The notes below the pieces were generated by a model. That model was not told the origin of the DNA. It was given only the letters and a program-made list of their open reading frames with translations, and did not search any database. The position numbers were made by a program, and so were the translations under genes. Positions 1 through 7,759 of a stretch of DNA of 13,304 nucleotides are shown in pieces. Source of the DNA: Ignisphaera sp. (GTDB taxonomy: Archaea > Thermoproteota > Thermoprotei_A > Sulfolobales > Ignisphaeraceae); contig JAWAHS010000020.1 in assembly GCA_038889075.1 (NCBI GenBank), positions 1-13,304 of the forward strand, given 5' to 3'. Position 1 is the stretch's first letter. Each line of letters opens with the position of its first letter.

Positions 1-804
1 ATAATACAGTGAGACTAATATAAAAGTAATTGACACTAAGAATTACTTTGAAATATTTTTTGATTTACATAATGCATAACTAATTTTCCTGGTTTAAATA
101 ACACACCGTATCTGAAGTGGAAATTCAAAATCAAAGCTCACGACATTAGTGTAGAAAAATCAAAGTCATATTACCGTTAATCATATAATCAACTATAGAG
201 ATCTTCTTTAATTATAATCGGCTACTTATAGACCCCTCAATGGGAAGAGATATATTTGTAGTTATGCGAAGATATTACTATATGCCGCTTTACGTAAAGT
301 ACTATACTTGATGTTCATAGACTGTCTTAATATCAGTAGAAATTATTTCTCTATCAATTACTGTTTCATACAGTGAAGTTGATTTGAAATACCAGAGTCT
401 GGTCGCTCTCATAGTAGACTCCGTTCTCAAGCCGTTAATTTCGGACACCAATATATATAATATCTCTCCTCGTAGAGTATTTTCGTCTAGTTTAGTTATT
501 TATAGTACTCATTAACGCATATCAGAATTTAGATTAGATTTAGATATAGTATGGTGAACACCCCCAGAATGATATACTAAGTTTCATATCCTTTCCTTCT
601 ATATTGATTTATCTTAATCAGAATTAAAGGAAATCATAATTTGAAAAACTAATAGAAATAAACCTTGTATAGAATACAAAGATGAGAGGTACTAATACTG
701 TTGTGAAATATTATTGGAGATCATCGTAATATGTAATTAAAGACACAGAAAGTAAGTTTATCTAGCTAGGGAAGAGATTAGGAATACTAAAGAGAGGCTA
801 CCAA

Positions 805-824
805 TTTCATAAATACTTTTAAAC
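805..824 (+). promoter_or_regulatory. Putative promoter (BRE-TATA) with upstream TTTCAT box, SBP gene
   Basis: TTTCATAAATACTTTTAAAC, 60 bp upstream of ATG 865; 18/20 identical to 4746-4765. Confidence 0.65.
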
Positions 825-864
825 TGCGCGCCTCAATAGTAATGTCCCGGACTGGGTGGTTTTA

Positions 865-2325
865 ATGCCTATTGGTAGAAGTGTCTTTATAGCTATAGCT
901 ATTGTGTTGATTATTGTTGCTGGTGTTGCTGGATATTTTGCTGGTACCTCAGTAGCTCCAACAACAACAGTAACAACAACAGTAACAAGCACAATAGCAG
1001 TAACACACACCGTAACAGTAACAGCTACCACAGCTAGCCCAACACCAACTCCTAGCCCAACAGCTAGCCCAACACCAACTCCTCCCCCAGGTGCAACAAT
1101 TATAGAAATGTGGGATGGTCTTGGCGGTGGTGATGGTTGGGTAATGGATCAACTCATTAATAAGTTCAATCAACAATATGGCAGTAGATACTTTATTGTA
1201 AGAACCATGATTGGCTGGGGTGATCTCTTTCCAAAACTTGTCACATTAGCTAAGGCGGGCGAAATAGGAGGCATGCCTCATATTGTACTTCACCACGAAT
1301 ATGAAATTCCACTACTCAAAGATATGGTAATAGTACCTGTTGATGATGTAATGAAACAGTTAGGTTTGAGCAGGGATGACTTTCTAAGTATAATTGTCAA
1401 TAAAGTGACTTATGACGGAAAGATGTACTCAATTCCATGGGATCAGCATACCTTTGCCCTATACTTTAGAACAGATTTAGCAAAACAATACGGTATTAAG
1501 ATACCACCTCCTGCATGTACCACATTTGGACTCCAGTGTTGGGATAAAACACTCGATACTTTAGATGACTTTAATGAATGGCTTGAAAAAGAAGTGAAAC
1601 CAAAATTACCTTCAGACGTAGTCCCTATGGCTGTATCAGGCTTTGGCTGGGAACTATATGGTTGGTGGCCCAAGAATGCTGTAATTGGTGATGGAACGGA
1701 CCTTAAACCAAAACCGGAAATAACAGCTCCCTATTCTATTGAAGTACTAAAGAAATTGAGATATGCCGTTGAAGCTGGCCTTATGACATACCAAGTTCCA
1801 TGGGCTGACTTAGCAAATTGTTTAGCGGGAGGGAAGGTATTCTCATGGATACATGGCAACTGGATGATGGCCACATATGATATCCTGCCGGGAGGCTGTC
1901 CATATGGCGTCGCGCCAGTATTAAAGGGCACAGGTGGTTCATGGGCGGCTAGCCATGTAATTTCAATAACAGTTAGAGCAGCAAAAGATCCTAAAGCACT
2001 TGAGGGGGTTATTGAATTCTTTAGGTTTTTGTATACTGCAGAGAATAATGCATACTGGGGTTTAAATGCAGGACATGTACCCGCTTATAAACCTGCTGCA
2101 GAAATTTACAAACGACAAGGTCCTCCACAGAAACAGATGTTCTACTCTCAAGTATTTGAATTTGGCATAAAGTATATGCCAGCTCATCCATTAACACATC
2201 AAATAAATGATATCCTTGGTCAATACAGCTGGCAAGCCGTTGTAACAGGTGCGATTTCTGTGGAGGAAGCTGCAAAAGCAATGCAAGATGAAATAGAGAC
2301 ACTTATTGCGACATATATTGGCTAA
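865..2325 (+). CDS. Sugar (oligosaccharide) ABC transporter substrate-binding protein, CUT1/SBP_bac_1-like, N-terminally membrane anchored with Thr/Pro-rich linker
   Basis: N-terminal hydrophobic segment (VFIAIAIVLIIVAGVAGYFAG), then a TTTVTTTVT/SPTPTP linker. SBP-like motifs follow: MWDGLGGGDGWVMDQLINKFN, YDGKMYSIPWDQHTFALYFRTDL, and C-terminal VTGAISVEEAAKAMQDEI. Lies upstream of two permeases and an ATPase. ATG 865 is preferred over GTG 856 because GGGTGG (SD-like) precedes it. Confidence 0.9.
   Translation: MPIGRSVFIAIAIVLIIVAGVAGYFAGTSVAPTTTVTTTVTSTIAVTHTVTVTATTASPTPTPSPTASPTPTPPPGATIIEMWDGLGGGDGWVMDQLINKFNQQYGSRYFIVRTMIGWGDLFPKLVTLAKAGEIGGMPHIVLHHEYEIPLLKDMVIVPVDDVMKQLGLSRDDFLSIIVNKVTYDGKMYSIPWDQHTFALYFRTDLAKQYGIKIPPPACTTFGLQCWDKTLDTLDDFNEWLEKEVKPKLPSDVVPMAVSGFGWELYGWWPKNAVIGDGTDLKPKPEITAPYSIEVLKKLRYAVEAGLMTYQVPWADLANCLAGGKVFSWIHGNWMMATYDILPGGCPYGVAPVLKGTGGSWAASHVISITVRAAKDPKALEGVIEFFRFLYTAENNAYWGLNAGHVPAYKPAAEIYKRQGPPQKQMFYSQVFEFGIKYMPAHPLTHQINDILGQYSWQAVVTGAISVEEAAKAMQDEIETLIATYIG
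961..1083 (+). repeat. Intragenic low-complexity/tandem repeats encoding the SBP stalk
   Basis: ACAACAACAGTA x2 (961-984) and a perfect 24-bp direct repeat ACAGCTAGCCCAACACCAACTCCT at 1030-1053 and 1060-1083 (30-bp period), encoding TASPTPTP x2. Confidence 0.9.
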
Positions 2326-2329
2326 AATA

Positions 2330-2357
2330 TTTCAATAATTTTATTTTTATCTTTTTT
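2330..2357 (+). terminator. Putative archaeal oligo-T terminator after the SBP gene
   Basis: TTTTATTTTTATCTTTTTT tract immediately downstream of the stop codon at 2325. Confidence 0.45.
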
Positions 2358-2407
2358 ACAAATCTCATTAAAACAGCTCACAATTAAAATAAGGTATACA
2401 TAGGTAC

Positions 2408-4693
2408 GTGGCCTTGATTTCATTAAAATGTCATATAGAGGTAGAGGTAGTTTTAGTATTAACATTAATTATTAGTTTATTTATATTGAATTCATTCATT
2501 CTATTACTAATATCTATGGACGATGGAGGTAATATTATTGGAGAAAAAATAGAAAGATATGGGAGTAAATATGTGACATACTTAAAATCGATAGGTGGTG
2601 ATATAGCTATGATTGAAGTCTTTACTTTAAATACATCCAAAACACCTATTTCGGATTACTTGTTTGGAATATTTGTTGAGCATTACGGTGCAAAAATAAG
2701 GGAAGGATCGATATATCACGGTATATGGGCTGAGATATTAGACAACCCAAGTTTTGAAAAGGCAGAGTATTTTGGAGTGGCCCTTCCTTCAGAGGGAGTA
2801 GCGTATCCTTGGCGAATTTATGGATTTGGCAATGTAAGTTATAAGTTAGTTGACGGATATGGCATAGGAACAGCCCAAAGAATCATAATAAATCATCTTA
2901 AATCAAATAGAGTAGGTATACAGCAACCCATATATCTACCTACTATTAAAACCAATGAATATATTATAAGACTATGGCTACGTGGAGAGATCCCAAGGAT
3001 CATAATAGCGTTAGAGAAAAGAAACGAACAACCGGTAGTAGAATACACTATATTGAATATTAGTAAAGAATGGAAAAATTTCGTATTTAATATAACATTA
3101 CCGCAGGAGGGTTTTTCTCCTTGCGAACAACTTTTCTTCACCATAACATCAGATTCTGTGGGGTGGTTTGATGTAGACCACGCATCATTAATGCGCGCAG
3201 ACAATGTACATGGTTTTGACCCTGATGTGGTTAGATTGTTAAAAGAAATGGGAGTTACAATAATAAGATGGCCTGGAGGAAACTTTGCTTCACAATATCA
3301 CTGGAAGGATGGTATAGGCCCAAAGGAATATAGGCCTATAAAACTAAATAGAGCATGGAATATTCCCGAGTACAACTATGTAGGCACCGATGAATTTGTA
3401 CTCTTTGCACAATTAATAGGGGCTGAGCCATTAATTGTAATTAATGCCGGATGGGATGGAACTATAGAAGAGGCAGCTGAATGGGTTGAGTACGTGAATG
3501 GTAATGTCAATTCTACATGGGGAAAGAAACGAGCCGAAAATGGCCATCCTGAACCTTATAATGTAACATGGTGGGAGCTTGGAAATGAGCTATATGGTTC
3601 TTGGCAAATCGGACATATGACTCCTCTGGAGTATGCACGTAGATATGACGAATTTTACAAAGCTATGAAAACTACAGATCCAAATATAAGGTTTATAGCT
3701 AATGGTGGTCCTGATAATATTGCAGAGGCTCACACTAGCTGGCTCTATTGGGATGGAGTACTATTGAAAGTAAATAGAGGAAATGTAACACACCTTTCAA
3801 GGCACTATTTACTGGCTGCCGGCATGAGTGAATGGTATTATCATCAAATTATTGGATGGACTTTTTCTGTGAGAGAAAGATGGAAAGAGGAAGAACAAAT
3901 TTTAAGGGAATATCAAAATCCTCCACCTAAACTAGCTATAACAGAAGCTCAGGGAACAATGGACTTCGACGCATCAGCTACTATGATGGAGGCTATGTGG
4001 GCTGCAGGATTATATAATGCAGCAATATATAGTGATGGATTTGTAGATATTATAACTAGAAGTTCACTAATGTGGTTTGGCGGAGGTCTAAGAAAAGCAT
4101 GTGAAATTGTATATCCAACTCCTGCATATTATGTACAAAAAATATATGCCAGACAACCAGGCCGATATCCAATAACTATAAGAGTAGTTACACCTACATT
4201 CAATGTTTCTGAAATACAACATCCGCTAATACCTAGAGCTACTAATGTTCCTTATATTGATGCTGTTGCTCTCTTTGATTACAATAAAACATTATTGATA
4301 TTAATTGTAATAAATTACCATACTGAGAATATCATTAAATCAGTAATCAATTTACATAACTACGAAATTTATGGGGTGGTAAAAGTCATACAGCTCTCTG
4401 CACGGACAATCTTTGATAGGAATACTTGGGAAACTTTAAATATTAAGCCAGTAGAATATATAATTACCCCTGTCTCTAAGAACAGAATAGTAATGGATTT
4501 GCCACCTATCTCCATATCATGTCTATTAATAAACGGGACTTTGTTATTGGAAAAAGATACTCGCTCTCCATCAACTACTATAGAGCCAAGTACTTTGAAT
4601 ATAATACTACTTGTGCTGCTTTTAGTTATTACAGGATTTGCTATAGGAATATTGATGAAAAATCTACATAGGGCATCTAAATATGCGCACTAA
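2408..4693 (+). CDS. GH51 alpha-L-arabinofuranosidase-like glycoside hydrolase with carbohydrate-binding-like insertion and C-terminal membrane anchor
   Basis: GH51 motifs: LFGIFVEH..IYHGIWAEIL.NPSFE, IRWPGGNFASQYHWKDGIG, GTDEF, WELGNE (acid/base, 3581-3589) and LAITE (probable nucleophile, 3941-3946). Hydrophobic N-terminus; C-terminal S/T linker + TM helix + basic tail. Start is uncertain (GTG 2408, TTG 2414 or ATG 2609). Confidence 0.88.
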   Translation: MALISLKCHIEVEVVLVLTLIISLFILNSFILLLISMDDGGNIIGEKIERYGSKYVTYLKSIGGDIAMIEVFTLNTSKTPISDYLFGIFVEHYGAKIREGSIYHGIWAEILDNPSFEKAEYFGVALPSEGVAYPWRIYGFGNVSYKLVDGYGIGTAQRIIINHLKSNRVGIQQPIYLPTIKTNEYIIRLWLRGEIPRIIIALEKRNEQPVVEYTILNISKEWKNFVFNITLPQEGFSPCEQLFFTITSDSVGWFDVDHASLMRADNVHGFDPDVVRLLKEMGVTIIRWPGGNFASQYHWKDGIGPKEYRPIKLNRAWNIPEYNYVGTDEFVLFAQLIGAEPLIVINAGWDGTIEEAAEWVEYVNGNVNSTWGKKRAENGHPEPYNVTWWELGNELYGSWQIGHMTPLEYARRYDEFYKAMKTTDPNIRFIANGGPDNIAEAHTSWLYWDGVLLKVNRGNVTHLSRHYLLAAGMSEWYYHQIIGWTFSVRERWKEEEQILREYQNPPPKLAITEAQGTMDFDASATMMEAMWAAGLYNAAIYSDGFVDIITRSSLMWFGGGLRKACEIVYPTPAYYVQKIYARQPGRYPITIRVVTPTFNVSEIQHPLIPRATNVPYIDAVALFDYNKTLLILIVINYHTENIIKSVINLHNYEIYGVVKVIQLSARTIFDRNTWETLNIKPVEYIITPVSKNRIVMDLPPISISCLLINGTLLLEKDTRSPSTTIEPSTLNIILLVLLLVITGFAIGILMKNLHRASKYAH

Positions 4694-4745
4694 TTGATAC
4701 CATTTTTGATTTAACTATATCTTAATAAAATGTATAATAAGAGAT

Positions 4746-4765
4746 TTTCATAAAAATTTTTAAAC
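4746..4765 (+). promoter_or_regulatory. Putative promoter (BRE-TATA) with upstream TTTCAT box, permease genes
   Basis: TTTCATAAAAATTTTTAAAC, 43 bp before ATG 4789 and 58 bp before GTG 4804. Confidence 0.65.
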
Positions 4766-4788
4766 CAAATGAACCGCAAAATGAATGA

Positions 4789-5682
4789 ATGGGTGCAATA
4801 TTAGTGGCTTCACAGTCAACAAAGAATATAATAATAGCATTGGCTATGATGGCACCTTTTCTCATACTATATTTAATTTTCACAATATTTCCTGCTTTCT
4901 ATGCTTTCTATTATAGTCTCTATAGAACATCACCAACGGGGGAATTATTTATTGGTTTGGGTAATTACATATACTATTTAACTGGAAGAGACAGTAGGTT
5001 CGTATACGGTATGCAGAACGTGCTAATATATGGGATAGCCAACATTCTAACACTGATAATAGCCCTTATAACAGCATGGGTTATATCAAGTTCGTATGTA
5101 AGTAATAGAAGGTATATAAATTTTGTTCAAATAGTAATGTTACTACCGATGGTAATACCGTGGGTTGCCTTAGGCATGGCATTAAATCAATCCACAAGCT
5201 CAGTATTGGGAATAGCTATGTACTTTAATAATAACATCAGGATACAACATCCTGCCAATGATTTCAACATGGCTAGATGGTATGTCTCCTCACTTATAAT
5301 TTGGGCAACCCTAGGCTACAATACTATGTTAACCACTGCAACATTGAGAACGCTACCTCAAGACTATATAGATGCGGCAAAAATTGATGGAGCCAGTGAA
5401 TGGCAGATTTTTAGGCATGTAGTACTACCCCTAATTAAGAATATCATTGTATTTAGTGCCATTGGTGCTATCATTGCAGCCTTCAATATATTCGACCCCG
5501 TCGCCACATTGACAGGAGGAGGTCCTGCATGGATATCTACATCTGTGGCCTACTATGCAGCACGACAACTAATGTATGCCTATAATTATGGAGGGGCATG
5601 TGCCATGGGTGTAATAGTGATATCCGTAGTACTCATTATTAGTATAGTTCAATATAGATTCATATATAAAAGGATTGTATAG
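4789..5682 (+). CDS. Carbohydrate ABC transporter permease (MalF/UgpA-like)
   Basis: Multiple TM segments, FIGLGNY motif, EAA-loop variant YIDAAKIDGASEWQIFRHVVLPL, LTGGGP and YNYGGACAMGV. Alternative start GTG 4804 behind GGGTG. Confidence 0.93.
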   Translation: MGAILVASQSTKNIIIALAMMAPFLILYLIFTIFPAFYAFYYSLYRTSPTGELFIGLGNYIYYLTGRDSRFVYGMQNVLIYGIANILTLIIALITAWVISSSYVSNRRYINFVQIVMLLPMVIPWVALGMALNQSTSSVLGIAMYFNNNIRIQHPANDFNMARWYVSSLIIWATLGYNTMLTTATLRTLPQDYIDAAKIDGASEWQIFRHVVLPLIKNIIVFSAIGAIIAAFNIFDPVATLTGGGPAWISTSVAYYAARQLMYAYNYGGACAMGVIVISVVLIISIVQYRFIYKRIV

Positions 5683-5703
5683 ATAAGTATTGTGGTGAAG
5701 TAG

Positions 5704-6549
5704 ATGACCGCTTCAAAAGCTAGAAAAAACAGTAAAAGAAATACACTGGTAGAGATTACAATATACGCAGTATTCGCTATAATGATAGTGATATATCTTT
5801 ATCCATTGTATAGATTACTCCTAACGTCTTTCGGAGCAAGTTACAATGCTGTTCCACCTGAGTTTTGGCCTAAAAATGCTACTACTGAAGGATACATGGT
5901 ATTCCTTACCAATCCCTCAATGACTCGGTGGATAATTAATAGCATTATTTTCACAATAGGGGTAACATTTGGAAGCTTGGCGATAGCCATTTTAGCAGGC
6001 TATGCCCTTTCCCGTATAAACTTTAAAGGCAAAGGCATTCTATTCTGGTTTATTATTATGGGAATGATGATGCCAGGTATAATGCTCTTTGTACCTCTAT
6101 TCTTGCTTCTAGTAAGAATGAAGCTAATAAATACATATATCGGACTGTTACTACCACCCATTGCAAGTGCCTATAACGTCTTTCTAATTAAGCAAGCATT
6201 TGATGGAATACCAAAAGAGTTTGAAGAGGCTGCAATAATAGATGGAGCAGGTGTACTGACTATAGCTTTTAGAGTAATGCTACCCCTTCTTAGACCTATT
6301 ATAATAACTACAATGTTATATAACATTGTGTGGAATTGGAACAACTTTGCATGGCCATGGTTTGTAGCTCCTGATAGATCCTACTGGACCTTACCTCTAG
6401 GGGTATATCTTACTTCTTGGTCCTATACAGTAAAGTTTTGGGAATATGCTGCTGGAGCCGTTATAACATTTCTCCCTCCGCTAATACTATACACTGTAGC
6501 AAACATATATTTCATACGAGGCATACGCATAGCAGGTTTAAAGAGATAA
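5704..6549 (+). CDS. Carbohydrate ABC transporter permease (MalG/UgpE-like)
   Basis: WIINS, AGYALSRINFKGK, EAA loop IPKEFEEAAIIDGA, WNNFAWP and TLPLG; SD GGTGA upstream. Confidence 0.94.
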   Translation: MTASKARKNSKRNTLVEITIYAVFAIMIVIYLYPLYRLLLTSFGASYNAVPPEFWPKNATTEGYMVFLTNPSMTRWIINSIIFTIGVTFGSLAIAILAGYALSRINFKGKGILFWFIIMGMMMPGIMLFVPLFLLLVRMKLINTYIGLLLPPIASAYNVFLIKQAFDGIPKEFEEAAIIDGAGVLTIAFRVMLPLLRPIIITTMLYNIVWNWNNFAWPWFVAPDRSYWTLPLGVYLTSWSYTVKFWEYAAGAVITFLPPLILYTVANIYFIRGIRIAGLKR

Positions 6550-6571
6550 AAAGATCAAATACAAAATTCTG

Positions 6572-6591
6572 TTCCATATAAATTTTTAGTT
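6572..6591 (+). promoter_or_regulatory. Putative promoter with degenerate TTTCAT box, ATPase gene
   Basis: TTCCATATAAATTTTTAGTT, 15/20 match to 4746-4765, 58 bp upstream of ATG 6630. Confidence 0.45.
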
Positions 6592-6629
6592 TTTACTACA
6601 ATTTGATAATAAATTTGGTGTGAGTCTTT

Positions 6630-7721
6630 ATGGTAAAGATAAGTTTAGTTAATTTGACTAAAGTATTTGGTAAAGCTCCTAGGGAGGTTATAGCTGTAGA
6701 TAATCTAAATCTTGAAATAAAGGATAAGGAATTTATGGTGTTACTCGGTCCTTCTGGTTGTGGAAAAACCACTACACTTAGGCTTATTGCTGGTTTAGAA
6801 ACCCCAACTAAGGGCAAGATATATTTTGATGATGAGGATGTGACGGGTCTTCCACCAAAAGATAGAGATGTCGCTATGGTTTTTCAAAGCTATGCGGTAT
6901 ATCCGCACATGAAGGTATTTGATAATATAGCTTTTCCTCTTAGAATTAGAAAATTACCAAAGAGTGAAATAAAAGATAGAGTAAAAAGGGTTGCTGAATA
7001 TCTTGGAATAGGAGATCTTCTTGATAGAATGCCGAGTCAGCTTAGTGGTGGTCAACTCCAACGAGTGGCATTAGCCCGTGCATTGGTTCGAGAGCCAAGG
7101 GTATTCTTATTTGATGAGCCGTTAAGTAATCTAGATGCTAAAATTAGAATAGAGACACGAGGTTTTATCAAGAGATTGCAAAAAGAGCTAGGTATAACCT
7201 CTGTGTATGTTACACATGATCAAGCAGAGGCTCTAGTTATTGCAGATCGTATTGCAATTTTAAATCGTGGAATTCTACAGCAAGTAGGAACACCCCAGGA
7301 AATATATGAAAATCCATCAAATCTATTTGTAGCTACATTTATAGGTGCACCACCGATGAATGTTATTAAAGGTGTCATAGAAGAATTCAAGCAAGGTCTC
7401 TTCTTCGTTATAGACAACTCTATTAGGATTCCACTAGATAGTGTACCCTATGATTTAGTGCGGAGATATATAGGCAAAGATGTAATATTGGGTGTCAGAC
7501 CCGAGAATGTTAGAGTATCAAAGAAAGGTGGGATAGCTGGAAAGGTATATGTTTCTGAATATTTAGGTAACACCGTATATGTGAAGATACAAATTTCTGA
7601 TAATCTTATTATTCAAGGTGTAGGAGAATCAGCATATAGTATAGGAGACGTTGCAGCAATAGATATAGATATGAATAAAATCCACTTATTTGACGAAAAA
7701 ACTGGGTCGTTAATAATCTAA
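6630..7721 (+). CDS. Sugar ABC transporter ATP-binding protein (MalK/MsmK family, C-terminal TOBE/regulatory domain)
   Basis: Walker A GPSGCGKTT, Q-loop VFQSYA, signature LSGGQLQR, Walker B FLFDEPLSNLD, H-loop VTHDQ, FVATFIGAPPMN and LGVRPE. Confidence 0.97.
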   Translation: MVKISLVNLTKVFGKAPREVIAVDNLNLEIKDKEFMVLLGPSGCGKTTTLRLIAGLETPTKGKIYFDDEDVTGLPPKDRDVAMVFQSYAVYPHMKVFDNIAFPLRIRKLPKSEIKDRVKRVAEYLGIGDLLDRMPSQLSGGQLQRVALARALVREPRVFLFDEPLSNLDAKIRIETRGFIKRLQKELGITSVYVTHDQAEALVIADRIAILNRGILQQVGTPQEIYENPSNLFVATFIGAPPMNVIKGVIEEFKQGLFFVIDNSIRIPLDSVPYDLVRRYIGKDVILGVRPENVRVSKKGGIAGKVYVSEYLGNTVYVKIQISDNLIIQGVGESAYSIGDVAAIDIDMNKIHLFDEKTGSLII

Positions 7722-7759
7722 CTACCAGGTGTACAGCATCGGCCACTACTAAGATTACT

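Noticed and set aside
865-945. Class III (prepilin-like) or lipoprotein signal on the SBP
   Set aside because: There is no clear [KR][GA]-[ILF]-S cleavage motif and no lipobox Cys; treated as a simple N-terminal anchor or signal.
1030-1083. 24-bp direct repeats as a possible CRISPR mini-array
   Set aside because: Only two copies, a 6-bp gap, in frame within a CDS, and no leader or cas genes.
819-1176. Minus-strand ORFs 819-1031 (Val/Thr-rich) and 949-1176 (Cys/Tyr/Trp-rich, metallothionein- or RiPP-looking)
   Set aside because: They are antisense shadows of the ACA/GTA/CCA repeats encoding the SBP linker; the Cys richness is a direct consequence of ACA repeats.
2363-2437. Partial TTTCAT-like boxes near the GH51 start (2363 TCTCATTAAAA; 2418 TTTCATTAAAAT)
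   Set aside because: Neither is followed by a TATA element at the conserved spacing and the second lies inside the ORF; too weak in AT-rich DNA to count as regulon copies.
4540-4693. Archaeosortase sorting signal on GH51
   Set aside because: The TM helix and basic tail are present, but no PGF/PEF/PIP-type motif precedes the helix.
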